A DNA stretch of 37,672 nt from a virus. Taxonomy: Duplodnaviria > Caudoviricetes. Made by a program: the position numbers and the translations under genes. Numbering within the stretch: position 1 is the stretch's first letter; each line of letters opens with the position of its first letter. The stretch lies in the IMG/VR virus record IMGVR_UViG_3300045580_000209, positions 1-37,672 of that record; one strand, given 5' to 3'. The notes below the pieces were generated by a model. The model had not been told where the DNA came from. It saw only the letters and a list, made by a program, of their open reading frames with translations, and did no database searches. Shown piece after piece: positions 1-9,580 of the stretch.

Positions 1-212
1 ACTACTTCTGGAACCGTGTCTTCGTTAATCGATACCGAGTACTCTCCATTAGCAGTCCTGGATAAGCCCTCAGCATCCATTTTCTTTAAGAGCGCCAGGT
101 CAATTTCGTCCTGGGCTGTTTTCAAATCTTTAAGGCGAGTATTGAGGAGCTCGGTTTCGCGCTTGATTTCGGCGCGCTTCTCAATTAGCTCGTTGATGTT
201 GGCGTCAGTCAC
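1..212 (-). CDS. Hypothetical coiled-coil phage protein (runs off the window edge)
   Basis: Read by hand: GTG start overlapping the helicase TGA (GTGA); open frame MTDANINELIEKRAEIKRETELLNTRLKDLK...EDTVPEV to position 1. Confidence 0.7.
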   Translation of the reverse strand, partial: MTDANINELIEKRAEIKRETELLNTRLKDLKTAQDEIDLALLKKMDAEGLSRTANGEYSVSINEDTVPEV

Positions 213-1558
213 TTAGTTTCCCTCATAGGTGTGAGTTTGTTTAGGATGGAAAGTAATTCGTCCATACGCTCGAGTTTGCCTTCGAGCTTGGTATACACGT
301 CTGGCTCCCATGTATCTTGGGCAGCGATGTGTATGATTTCTGTTTTTTGCTTTTGGCCGGCGCGGTAGATGCGCCGGTTAAACTGCTGGTAGTGCTCTGC
401 GTTATACGTCGGCGAAGCCCAGATTACAGTGGTGGCCGTAGTCAAAGTCAGTCCGTGGCCTGCTGATTGTGGATGAGCAAATACAACTTGCAATTGCCCG
501 GCCTGCATACGGTCAACGACATCTTTACGCTTGTTAGCGGGTGTGTCGCCGTCGATTACGCCGTACTCTATCTTCATCTCGTCTGCTAGCTTAGTAAGGT
601 GTTCGCGTTCATGTTTCCAGTTGAACGCTACTAGCGAGTGTTTACGCTCGCTTACCAGCTGCATGACAAGCTCATATCGCTCTTCGTGGATACCTGCTGC
701 TTTGCCGTCTTCCGTGTAAACGGTTCCGGTGCAAAGTTGCAAGAGTTTCTTTACCCTGGCGCCTGCATTGATGGCGTTGATTGTGGTTTCGCCGGTATAG
801 AGAACTGAATCTTGAGCAAGTAGTTGGTACTGGTCCATGATTGCTGGGGTCAGTTGTACACACATTGTATGTACAGACTGTTCTGGCATATCGATACAGT
901 CTTCAAGTCGGAAACGGATGTTGATGTCTTTGATCGAAGCAGCCACCATCATCTGCGCTTCGGGCTTGTCTACCCATTCGTTAGCAAAGCCATTGAAGCG
1001 TGAGGTGCATACCGCTGATCGGAATCCATAAAAGCGTTTGCCTAATCGTTCACCGTCATCAATGAGCAAAGTCGGGTGCCAAATGTCCAGGATAGTATTG
1101 CTGTTTGGCGTACCAGACATTGCGATACGGTACTTGAACTTGGTGATCAGCTTTGCAATCGCTTTGCTTCGCTGGCTGTCTTTGTTTTTGAACGCTGTAA
1201 ACTCGTCAATGCAAATGGTTGAAAACCTATGCAACAAGCGTTCGTTTTTAAGCAACCACTTTACTGCGTCGTGGTTTGTAATAACAACATCTGCGTCGCT
1301 CAGGAAAGCTTGCTGTCTGTTGCGAGAGTAAGCAACAACGTGTTTCAGTTTGGGCTGAAACTTTTTGATGTCGTCTGCCCATGAAGCGGACAAGATAGAC
1401 AGCGGAGCTAAAACAAGCATCCTTCCTTCTTTGCGCTTGGCAAAAGCGTCGATGACGCTTCGGGTTTTACCCGTGCCAGGATCTGACGTTACAAGCGCTC
1501 GAGGAGTAGAAAGTAGGAAGTTTGTTGTTTTTACTTGATGATCAAAAGGTTTAAGCAT
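209..1558 (-). CDS. SNF2-family (SF2) helicase/ATPase
   Basis: Walker A DPGTGKT, Walker B CIDEF, motif III MSGTP, C-terminal SAGHGLTL and QFNRRIYRAGQ. Confidence 0.93.
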   Translation of the reverse strand: MLKPFDHQVKTTNFLLSTPRALVTSDPGTGKTRSVIDAFAKRKEGRMLVLAPLSILSASWADDIKKFQPKLKHVVAYSRNRQQAFLSDADVVITNHDAVKWLLKNERLLHRFSTICIDEFTAFKNKDSQRSKAIAKLITKFKYRIAMSGTPNSNTILDIWHPTLLIDDGERLGKRFYGFRSAVCTSRFNGFANEWVDKPEAQMMVAASIKDINIRFRLEDCIDMPEQSVHTMCVQLTPAIMDQYQLLAQDSVLYTGETTINAINAGARVKKLLQLCTGTVYTEDGKAAGIHEERYELVMQLVSERKHSLVAFNWKHEREHLTKLADEMKIEYGVIDGDTPANKRKDVVDRMQAGQLQVVFAHPQSAGHGLTLTTATTVIWASPTYNAEHYQQFNRRIYRAGQKQKTEIIHIAAQDTWEPDVYTKLEGKLERMDELLSILNKLTPMRETK

Positions 1559-1600
1559 TAGGCATATCTCAGTTGGTAGTAGATAGTAGCCGGAACTATT

Positions 1601-2257
1601 TCAATGTTCAAGGAAGTAGATAGGTTTTTCGCTATGCCAACAGTAAGCGCATTCTGCGCAAGAGTTGGCTTTACCTTGTTGTTCTGGACATACAATCCCC
1701 TTGGCTTGTTGCATGGAAGCAACAACTTCTGCTCTGAATTCTGTGGTTGGATCGTCCGAAAAACGTACTCTCCACCTGGTTGGAAACGCTATGTTTAGGT
1801 TTTGTATGCGTCTGCCAATTGGATCTGTGTGCCGATGGTGTGTGTACCCAAACACGTTAAGTTGTGGGAAGTGGACTAAGCAATCAAACCAAAACTTAAC
1901 GTATTCTTCGGAGTAAAAATCTCCAAGTACGTGCAATCTAACAACGAACCCTTGTTCGTGTTCCATTGACAGTTGTGCAAGTTCACTTGCCAGTTCGGTT
2001 TCGAACCAAATACTGTTGTGGTTAAAGCGATGAGCGAACGGCATGTTGTTGCCATAGCAGTTGTCCCACTGCTCACAATGCGCTGGGCAAGTGGCGCGTT
2101 CTTCTAGGGTTAAGCTAAAAATTGGGAACCCGCGCCACATTCCTTTGCGAACGCGGGCCCCAAGTTTCTTATTACTGCTTCCTGGTTTTAGCATTCTTTT
2201 GTTTGGTGGTCGAACGCTTTTTGGGAACTTTGTATTGGTTAGCAGTGTTTGCTTCAT
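1601..2257 (-). CDS. GP88-like cysteine-rich protein
   Basis: TCPAHCEQWDNCYG, VRLHVLGDF and C-terminal CPEQ...CAECAYCW resemble the gene product 88 family. Start moved to ATG 2257 (MKQTLL). Confidence 0.7.
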   Translation of the reverse strand: MKQTLLTNTKFPKSVRPPNKRMLKPGSSNKKLGARVRKGMWRGFPIFSLTLEERATCPAHCEQWDNCYGNNMPFAHRFNHNSIWFETELASELAQLSMEHEQGFVVRLHVLGDFYSEEYVKFWFDCLVHFPQLNVFGYTHHRHTDPIGRRIQNLNIAFPTRWRVRFSDDPTTEFRAEVVASMQQAKGIVCPEQQGKANSCAECAYCWHSEKPIYFLEH

Positions 2258-2327
2258 TTTCTTCTCGTAACTTTTTGAGAAATAAAAGTAATTCAAGGGC
2301 TGCAAGCAGCCTCATGAAAACTGTCAT
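2172..2327 (-). CDS. Small hypothetical protein (51 aa)
   Basis: Strong SD AAGGAG before ATG 2327; hydrophobic N-terminus and basic tail; overlaps the 5' end of the GP88-like gene. Confidence 0.5.
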   Translation of the reverse strand: MTVFMRLLAALELLLFLKKLREENEANTANQYKVPKKRSTTKQKNAKTRKQ

Positions 2328-2340
2328 AAGTTCTCCTTGG

Positions 2341-2393
2341 CTACGTGGGCTAGACATGCCCACGTAAAAAACCCCTCACTGAGGAGGGGTTTT
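2341..2393 (-). terminator. Rho-independent terminator followed by a second hairpin
   Basis: Minus strand AAAACCCCTC-CTCAGT-GAGGGGTTTTTT just after the nuclease stop, then TACGTGGGC-ATGTCTA-GCCCACGTA. Confidence 0.75.
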
Positions 2394-2398
2394 AGTGT

Positions 2399-3148
2399 TT
2401 ACTTCACGCCCCAACGGCATTCTGGGTGTTCGCCCTTGCCGTATGGGCACCACTTACATGAGTCTTTGCTAGGAGTGGGAGCAAAGTCTTCACACGTAGT
2501 CATACGTACTCCGCGTGTGTGGTAGCCAGGGGCAAATTGCATTGCTTCTGATCTGGTGAATGTACGTACAGTACGTTCGCCTTTGTCTATATACCAGAGT
2601 TCAGTTTGTGCAAGCTGTAAGTTTGGGTACCTAAAAAAGGTACCTATCGCATACAGCAAGCACTGTTGGGCGTGAGGTATCTCGTTACCGAATTTCTTGC
2701 CAGTTTTGTAGTCAATAACTCTGGCGCTTGTTTCATCTTCGTGGACAATTGCGTCTAGTTTGATGCGTGCCCAGGTTTGCGGCACCATCCAACCGACGGG
2801 TTCCCAGTCAATGCTGAACCCCCACTCACCTTCTACTTCGACTTTGGCTTCGTTGAAAAGGTGCTTTAACTGGTGAAAGTCGTCTTCAAACTTTTCCAGT
2901 TCTTTCGGGAAGGTTGCTAGTGTACCTTTTACAAAGTCTTCGGCTAGCTTGTGGATTGCTGTTCCACGATCCGCAGCCGGGCTAGGCGGCTCTGGGATCT
3001 TTTTGACTCGTTGGATGTATATCCTATATGGACATTCTTCAAACGTTTTTAGGGCCGAATAGGACCAAGTAGATACGGGGCCGAGCTTTGTGGGCTTGTG
3101 AAAAGCGTCATCAGAATCCGGCCTGGACGTCTGCGTAAGTTGTTTCAA
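2399..3148 (-). CDS. PD-(D/E)XK nuclease, Cas4/RecB-like
   Basis: WSYSALKTFEECP, RGTAIH, KLDAI...VIDYKTGK, QCLLYA, CKWCPY...C (split four-Cys cluster). Confidence 0.88.
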   Translation of the reverse strand: MKQLTQTSRPDSDDAFHKPTKLGPVSTWSYSALKTFEECPYRIYIQRVKKIPEPPSPAADRGTAIHKLAEDFVKGTLATFPKELEKFEDDFHQLKHLFNEAKVEVEGEWGFSIDWEPVGWMVPQTWARIKLDAIVHEDETSARVIDYKTGKKFGNEIPHAQQCLLYAIGTFFRYPNLQLAQTELWYIDKGERTVRTFTRSEAMQFAPGYHTRGVRMTTCEDFAPTPSKDSCKWCPYGKGEHPECRWGVK

Positions 3149-3157
3149 GCGGCATAC

Positions 3158-5710
3158 TCAGTTAGAACTAGTCTTGGAAGTATAGCCTACGTTTGTATTT
3201 TGCAACAACTGTCGCTCATCCGTTGCGTCGAAGTACGAATTGATTAAGCGCTGCAGCTCGAGCTCGTCGTTCTTTTGCTTCCAGGTTACTACTACCCCAA
3301 GTATGGCATTGGTATCTCGGCCAGCCCCTGCCATACGTTTACGTACCGGAGCGATGCCAAACTTGCTCATTTGCTTGGTGAATTCTCGCTGGGAATACCG
3401 CGGGTTTTGCTCTGTTTGTACGTGGAAAACAGTCCGTAGATGCTCCAGGGGAATGACTGTGTAATCGAGTTTTGCCGAGGCGATCCAGCTTTTTACAATC
3501 CGCTGTGCCGTGGATACCTCGTTGATGTTTTGCGCATTAGCTGTATTGATATCCAGTATGTCGCTAAAAAACAACAAGTCCCCACGCTTAAGCGCTTCAG
3601 CAAACTCTTCGAGGATTGTCATTGATACGTGCCGCATTTGGTCCTTGGCGGTGTTATCAATGCAGGTCTGTACCATCCGCAGATCTACCTTAAAGGTGTG
3701 CAGGTAGCCAGCAAACAGATCAAGCTCATCTGTTAGTTCGTCGAGTTCTTTAAGCAGCTCAGGATGCGCGTGCTCAAGTCTGCGTTCCTGTCTTGGAGGA
3801 ATGTTGTATCGACGATCGCCGTCTTCGATCTTTACAGCGTCGTTACGGTTTGTAAGGAATATGAAGTTTGTGTAGTTAGGAATTTCCAACTGGTTGGTCC
3901 GCATAGCGCGGATGGTTACAGTCTCTTCGGTGATTTGATTCTTAAGCTTATCGGCAATCTTCATAGCCCCAATTGAAGACGAAGCCATGTGGAATTCGTC
4001 GACAATTAGGAAGATAGCGTTGCGCATGTAAAGGTTGAAATGCTCTTCGATGTTCTGTAGGGCTCGCATTGGTACGTGCTCTGGTCCGAACAACGGGCGA
4101 AGCACTTTGCTATAGAGCAGGCCTTTACCGGTGCCTGGTACACCGCCAAACACCCAAGCAGTCTTAGCTTTTTGTCTGGTCTGGAAGATGTAAGCCAGCC
4201 AGTTGATGAAGTGTTCGAACTCAGGGTCGCCGTTGCCTAATACATGGTGAATGAGGGTATAGATTCGTGGGCAAGTATTGGCGATCAGTTTTGCGTGGCC
4301 ATAGTCCAACGGCCTAGCTGGGATCTTCGGCTGCATCATGTACTTTGTTTTGCGGTACATGTTTACAAAGTACGGAACGTTCTCGAGGTCGATAGCTTCA
4401 CTGTCGAGCGTAGGGTTGAATACAACTCTAGCATCTCGAACAAAGTCAGGCGCTGGGCGACCGTGGCTGAGCATGAAGCTTTCGATACTGTTCTTGCTAG
4501 TGGGTACTAGTGGAAACTCTTCCGTAAACTGGTTGAGGTTAGGGTCATATACTCCGTTGTAGTAGATGTCCGTGTAGTAGTCACGGAGTACGATTGGGTA
4601 CGTTGTCTTGCCTACCTTTTCTAGGTGGGACTTGAAGGTTTCAAAGATGCTCTTGTAGAACTCTTTGTCGGCTTTTTCGATTTCAAAGATGGGTTCGTCT
4701 TTGAAATTAAACATGTACGTAGGACGTTCGATGTTGAAGTAGTAGCCGCCACTATCTCCGCCGTTTATGTTGCAGCGAATCCAGGGCATAGCTGTAGTGT
4801 CGGCAATACTGATCGACATCTTGTCTGGGTTAAGAAGTACTTCTTGTGCCTGGTAGTCGATCGTAAGGGTTTGCAGCTTAGCTGCTTTTTTCTTGATTCC
4901 GCCGTTCTGGCGCAATTCATCCTTTAGACCTTGTCCCAGCTGGAAAGTAATTTCTGGGTTCAAAGCGCCCATCATAGCAGCCAGGTCAAACGACGCGTTT
5001 GCACGGTCTACTCGTACAATTCGGTCTTGATCCGAAACAAACGGGTTTTGAGTCGGATCTTCGAACGAAGGTGGCGAGATGAAAATCAGTTTGCTGTTGT
5101 CTGCTACTGACACATCAAGCGGGTACTTTAAGGACTGACCGTTTGCACTAAGCGTAAGCTGCGTTTTAAAAAGGTCAGTTGTGTAATTCAAGTTTTGCAG
5201 CCAAAGCTTGATTGACTTTGGCGGCATGGGGACAGTCAAAAACATGAAGATGTGAAGCGAAATGCGTTCACCCTTCATGCCAAGACTGGCTGATGCTTGT
5301 GCAATGTAGCTGACGTCGTGCAGTTGCGATGGCAAATCAGCAATGATCTGTTCAGCAATTAGCTGTACATCGTTGCCCGTGAGTTTATTCGACCGGACAA
5401 TGCGCCGTGGTAGTACCAGGGCGTCAAAGTCCAATACAAGCAGTCCGCTTAGTGCTAGCCTGTCGCTCTTCTGGGCACGGCTTTCGTTTACTAAAGGCCG
5501 TTTTACTGGGCCTTTAAGCATGCAGTGTCCTTGCGATGAGTGCTGCCGGATCAGGGCTTCAAGTTGCACTATTCCCGGTTGGGAAGCATTGATTGAGTAT
5601 TCATGTGAAGTTACGTCTTTTACGTACGGGTACGGCTGTGTTTCGCCGTTTGAAAAGTAATGCTTACTGAGCGAGAGGCCGTTCGTGGCCTCAAGAAAGG
5701 TAACCTTCAT
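3158..5710 (-). CDS. Primase-helicase (AEP/PrimPol-like N-terminus, SF3/DUF5906-type helicase C-terminus)
   Basis: N-terminal LVLDFD and SLHIF motifs; C-terminal GVPGTGKG, LIVDEF, FIFLTN, GDRRY. SD GGAG before ATG 5710. Confidence 0.82.
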   Translation of the reverse strand: MKVTFLEATNGLSLSKHYFSNGETQPYPYVKDVTSHEYSINASQPGIVQLEALIRQHSSQGHCMLKGPVKRPLVNESRAQKSDRLALSGLLVLDFDALVLPRRIVRSNKLTGNDVQLIAEQIIADLPSQLHDVSYIAQASASLGMKGERISLHIFMFLTVPMPPKSIKLWLQNLNYTTDLFKTQLTLSANGQSLKYPLDVSVADNSKLIFISPPSFEDPTQNPFVSDQDRIVRVDRANASFDLAAMMGALNPEITFQLGQGLKDELRQNGGIKKKAAKLQTLTIDYQAQEVLLNPDKMSISIADTTAMPWIRCNINGGDSGGYYFNIERPTYMFNFKDEPIFEIEKADKEFYKSIFETFKSHLEKVGKTTYPIVLRDYYTDIYYNGVYDPNLNQFTEEFPLVPTSKNSIESFMLSHGRPAPDFVRDARVVFNPTLDSEAIDLENVPYFVNMYRKTKYMMQPKIPARPLDYGHAKLIANTCPRIYTLIHHVLGNGDPEFEHFINWLAYIFQTRQKAKTAWVFGGVPGTGKGLLYSKVLRPLFGPEHVPMRALQNIEEHFNLYMRNAIFLIVDEFHMASSSIGAMKIADKLKNQITEETVTIRAMRTNQLEIPNYTNFIFLTNRNDAVKIEDGDRRYNIPPRQERRLEHAHPELLKELDELTDELDLFAGYLHTFKVDLRMVQTCIDNTAKDQMRHVSMTILEEFAEALKRGDLLFFSDILDINTANAQNINEVSTAQRIVKSWIASAKLDYTVIPLEHLRTVFHVQTEQNPRYSQREFTKQMSKFGIAPVRKRMAGAGRDTNAILGVVVTWKQKNDELELQRLINSYFDATDERQLLQNTNVGYTSKTSSN

Positions 5711-5727
5711 AGCTACTCCGAAAGAAA

Positions 5728-5934
5728 TCAATCCTGGCTTGTAGAAGATTCCAAGCCAGGGTTGTCTTTGTCAAATACTTCTTGTCTGTCGATGTTGACC
5801 TGTGGGTCAGCGACAAACGTTAGACGTACGCTGTTACGGTCTAAGCGTGATAGTTTTATGGTAGCAATGATTTCGTTGTCGCGATGGATTACGACTGACT
5901 GACCTAACCGTCTTGTCAACACCAAGCGCGACAT
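5728..5934 (-). CDS. csrA: CsrA/RsmA-family RNA-binding protein
   Basis: LVLTRRLGQSVVI...NSVRLTFVADPQVNIDRQEV aligns by eye with CsrA MLILTRRVGETLMI...[20 protein letters not shown]. ATG lies just after the polymerase stop. Confidence 0.85.
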   Translation of the reverse strand: MSRLVLTRRLGQSVVIHRDNEIIATIKLSRLDRNSVRLTFVADPQVNIDRQEVFDKDNPGLESSTSQD

Positions 5935-5935
5935 T

Positions 5936-7747
5936 TTATTTGCTGTACTTCCTATCGTACCCACCTTCGGCTGCCAGCGGTAGATCTGGTGCCCAAGGCG
6001 GGGGTGTGCATAGATCCTCGATGATCAACTTCATTGTAGCATCGGGATCTTGGTCAGATGCAACTATTACGATTTCGTCGTGAACGGTCAGTGCAATACG
6101 CCCGTTGTCCAGCTTGTCGTTCAGCCTCAGTAGGCTGTTTGTAATAATAATTCTTGACAAAGCCTGTACTACGTTTTCTGTAATACGCCCTCCGTACGTC
6201 ATCTCTTGGACGTATCCTCGGGTTTGGTACGTTAAACCTTCGAGAGACGGCTCAAGGTTGTGGTACTTGAGCGACATGTTGTTGGGTAAAACAAGGGCTC
6301 TTTCAGCTACGGTCAGTACTCCTTTGTACTGTGCGCCGTAGTTCTCTCTGTAAAGTGTCTGCTTTAGCAGGTTCTCTAGCCGGGTCCAGAGAAGTGGGAT
6401 CTGTGAGTAGGTAGACCTGTATGTTTGTACAACTGTTAAAGCTTCCTTTTCGGAGATCTGCATAGTAGGACCGGCTGCTCCAGACTCAAGCGTAAGCTTG
6501 AATTTGTTGTGCCCCATTCCGTATCCGAGGCCAAGAATTGCGGTTTTGCCTACAAAGCGTTCAGTCGGATAGTTTTTCTTGTCGATCGGTTTGTTGTAGA
6601 TTTTCGAGGCGAAGTTACTGTATATATCATCACCCCTTCTAAACTGTTCTAGAAGATCTGTTTGTTCTGCAAGCCACGCGAGCATGCGGGCTTCGATGTT
6701 TGACAAATCTGCTACGTAGATCAGGTATCCTTCGGGTGCAACTAAACATTGCCGGAGCTCACTGCCACGAGGCAGGTTCTGGAGGTTAATTTTTTCGGTG
6801 CCCCCAAAGCGGCCTGTGTGAGCTGCGTAGTACTTGAGCGGTACGCTAATGGTGTCGTCATCGTGCGCAGCGTCAAGAAACCGACGCGAGCGTGTTTCGC
6901 TGATTCTTGATTTGGCAGCCGTTCGTGCTTCCCAAAGGTGGTTGTAGTTAGGATAAGCAGCGCAGAGTTGGCGCCATCCGGCGTCATTTTTACCAAATGC
7001 CGGGATCATCTTTCCAGTTGCTAAGCTGCGCTTTGTGGGCGCTACGATGCCTAACGAATCCAAATAAGCAGTGAACTTGGAGGAGCTAGCAAGTACTTCT
7101 CGTGTGGTGCCACTAGCCTCAATCAGTTCTTGAGCACGCTTGACCTCATGTTCGTGGTACTTGGTCAGTCGTTCACGGTCAATTTTAAGCGTGGGTTGAC
7201 AGAACATACGTACTGTAAGGTCAATGAGATCCAGTTCTTTAGCTGGATACTGTTCTGCCATTTTCTGATATACGGCGTATGTAAGTTCTACGTCTTGGAT
7301 ACAGTACTTAGAAATGTCTGCTTCGATGTCCGGGGGCAGATCTACGTGGCCTTTAGCTTTTACTAGATCTTCACCTTTACGCATAGACGCGTCGTTTGGA
7401 AACAGTCTAATACTGGTTTCTTTCAAAGACGCAGGCATACCAGGGAACATACCTCGCGCCATTGCGGCGGTGTCTAGGTAGTACTTAGGCTTGAGTTTGT
7501 AGTACTGGGCTAAGATGTAACCGTCAAATAACGTGTTGTGGCACAGGAGTGTCACGTTGTCCCAGTCGATAGCGTTGAGCGCTTCTTCGGTTTCGTCAGC
7601 GCTAAACCACTCGGCGGGTTCGTCGTTTACCTTTAGGCCTACGCCCCACACTTTAAACTGTGGGTGCTTTACGTATTCCATTGTGGTCAGCTTTGTAAGC
7701 GTGACATTGGTGTCGTAATACGTTTCGAAGTCCAGGGTGAGAAGCAT
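5936..7747 (-). CDS. polA: Family A DNA polymerase with 3'-5' exonuclease
   Basis: ExoI LDFET, ExoII HNTLFD, ExoIII YCIQD; motif A ADLSNIEAR, motif B RFVGKTAILGLGYG, motif C TVHDEI. Confidence 0.95.
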   Translation of the reverse strand: MLLTLDFETYYDTNVTLTKLTTMEYVKHPQFKVWGVGLKVNDEPAEWFSADETEEALNAIDWDNVTLLCHNTLFDGYILAQYYKLKPKYYLDTAAMARGMFPGMPASLKETSIRLFPNDASMRKGEDLVKAKGHVDLPPDIEADISKYCIQDVELTYAVYQKMAEQYPAKELDLIDLTVRMFCQPTLKIDRERLTKYHEHEVKRAQELIEASGTTREVLASSSKFTAYLDSLGIVAPTKRSLATGKMIPAFGKNDAGWRQLCAAYPNYNHLWEARTAAKSRISETRSRRFLDAAHDDDTISVPLKYYAAHTGRFGGTEKINLQNLPRGSELRQCLVAPEGYLIYVADLSNIEARMLAWLAEQTDLLEQFRRGDDIYSNFASKIYNKPIDKKNYPTERFVGKTAILGLGYGMGHNKFKLTLESGAAGPTMQISEKEALTVVQTYRSTYSQIPLLWTRLENLLKQTLYRENYGAQYKGVLTVAERALVLPNNMSLKYHNLEPSLEGLTYQTRGYVQEMTYGGRITENVVQALSRIIITNSLLRLNDKLDNGRIALTVHDEIVIVASDQDPDATMKLIIEDLCTPPPWAPDLPLAAEGGYDRKYSK

Positions 7748-7763
7748 TGAATTACTCGCAAGG

Positions 7764-8888
7764 CTAGATGGTCATGTAAGCCGTAGTACCGAACGGAGCA
7801 GTGTTGCGCGGTACAATCGAGACCCACAGAACAGGAGCGGTGGCTGCTTTTTCTGCTTGGTCGAAATCTTCCGGGCTACTTTCAAGGTCTGTCAAATACA
7901 CGATGGCTTGCACGTCGTTGTGCTTTTCACGGATCAGTTCAAATGCTGGAGTAAACGCGGTTCCTCCGCGGCCTTTGAATACCTTTTCCGTGTTTGCTAG
8001 TTTAGTGTTGTGGTCGAGCTCTTGTTCTGAACGAACAGCCGCATCGGCCTGGATGAAGACTACCGAAGACGGACGGGTTTGGTCAATGACTGCGTCTACT
8101 TCGGCGAAAAACTGTTCGCCTGCTTCGTCGGGTACGGAGCCGCTAGTATCGAAAACGACAGCTATCTTGCCGCAGCCTTCGTCATGCATTGAAGGCAAGT
8201 ATTCGTCTTCTGAGATATATGCGCGGTTAGGCTTCCGCCAGCTGTAGTCGTCTTTAGTCAGTTCGGTGAACCACGGCCAGAGGATAGACCGCCAGTCTAC
8301 CTTTGGTGCAAGGATGTTCTCGACGAATTGTTCCATTCCGCCTGGTAGCTTGCCTCGCGCTTTTGCGACAGCGATGGCTTCGCCTACGGCGATCTGCCAT
8401 TGCGCTTCGCTTTCAGCTGGTGACTGTGCGTTAATGCCCGAGGATTTGGAGTCAAGGACCATGCCCCAAGGGCAGGGCTTTGGCTTTTTGGGCATGCTTT
8501 GAAGCTTTGAATAGATCTGCTCTGCTGACATACCGTCGTAGGCAGGATCTACCAAAGCATTTTTAGGCAGGATGAAATCACACTTAATAAGGTAGTTGTT
8601 GATTGCATAATCACAGGCAATGTTCCAGAGCTCTGGGTCTCGTTCCTGTCTGCGGGTGTGATGGTTAAATACACAGTGTTGAACTTCGTGAGCAATAAGC
8701 CCACGCAACTGCATTGCATCTTGCTTTAGAATAAATTCCGGGTTGTAGATCAAACTGGTACCGTCGGTAGCAGCCGTCTTTATGTCTTCGGAGACAAGCA
8801 GCCGAAGGCGCAAAGACAAAGTACCGTAAAACGGTTGATCCATGATTAACTGAGAACGGGCCTTTATCAGTGCGCTTTCGGCTGACAT
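7764..8888 (-). CDS. Metallopeptidase-vWA protein (DUF2201-like)
   Basis: TAATDG and HEVQH (HExxH) in the N-terminus; MIDAS DTSGS, GRGGT and YLTD in the C-terminus. Confidence 0.9.
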   Translation of the reverse strand: MSAESALIKARSQLIMDQPFYGTLSLRLRLLVSEDIKTAATDGTSLIYNPEFILKQDAMQLRGLIAHEVQHCVFNHHTRRQERDPELWNIACDYAINNYLIKCDFILPKNALVDPAYDGMSAEQIYSKLQSMPKKPKPCPWGMVLDSKSSGINAQSPAESEAQWQIAVGEAIAVAKARGKLPGGMEQFVENILAPKVDWRSILWPWFTELTKDDYSWRKPNRAYISEDEYLPSMHDEGCGKIAVVFDTSGSVPDEAGEQFFAEVDAVIDQTRPSSVVFIQADAAVRSEQELDHNTKLANTEKVFKGRGGTAFTPAFELIREKHNDVQAIVYLTDLESSPEDFDQAEKAATAPVLWVSIVPRNTAPFGTTAYMTI

Positions 8889-8889
8889 G

Positions 8890-9570
8890 TTAAGCTCCTA
8901 CAAGTTTTGCAGTGAGAACGACTTCGTTTACAAACACGTCGTCAAACTGCACGGTTTCTACAATCTGTTTGGCTTTTTCTGCACGAGACACCCGTGTGTA
9001 CATGCGAGATTTTGCATGATGAGGGACGAATGACTCTCCTCCTGGCCAGGCTAAGAGGAACTGCTTTATTGTTGTGCAGTTAACAAGCAGCCCTTGAATT
9101 TTTTCTACATAAGTTTTGTGCTGTGTAGCATACTCTTGGACTTCAGCAGCAAAAGCTAAAAGTGGCTGCATGAGGTCTACTTTAGACTGGGGTGCAAGTT
9201 CTGAAAAATACATAACTGGCACGCCCCAGTAACTCTGCGAATAGATAGTCATGTGAGGTACAAACTCAAAGTCTATCTGCTTAACGTCGTTAGGAGAGAG
9301 CTCGTTTGAGCGGAAAACAAGTCTGATTTCGGAGACTTGCTTTCGATCTGCGTTTTCTTTTAGCCCACCGAAAGAGTCAAACTGGTTGGTATTTTTAAGC
9401 TCAGCAGATCGTTTTAGCGTCAAGTAAGGCGGTGAATTTTCAATTGCGTCTTTGACGCGATCGGTAAGCCAAGCTGTCGGCTTTGGCTTGGGCTTGGCTG
9501 CGTTGAACGCTGCCATTGCATTGTTGAAGATGTTGTCTCGCAAGTCTTGAGTCATTCTGACGGAAGCCAT
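8890..9570 (-). CDS. Nmad5-like protein (nucleotide modification-associated domain 5)
   Basis: N-terminal RMTQDLRDNI and C-terminal CTTIKQFLLAWPG...VP match the Nmad5 pattern as recalled; SD AAGGAG. Confidence 0.6.
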   Translation of the reverse strand: MASVRMTQDLRDNIFNNAMAAFNAAKPKPKPTAWLTDRVKDAIENSPPYLTLKRSAELKNTNQFDSFGGLKENADRKQVSEIRLVFRSNELSPNDVKQIDFEFVPHMTIYSQSYWGVPVMYFSELAPQSKVDLMQPLLAFAAEVQEYATQHKTYVEKIQGLLVNCTTIKQFLLAWPGGESFVPHHAKSRMYTRVSRAEKAKQIVETVQFDDVFVNEVVLTAKLVGA

Positions 9571-9580
9571 GTGATACTCC

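Noticed and set aside
2399-3148. Cas4-like nuclease as a sign of CRISPR-Cas
   Set aside because: No array or other cas genes; solo Cas4-like nucleases are common in phage replication modules.
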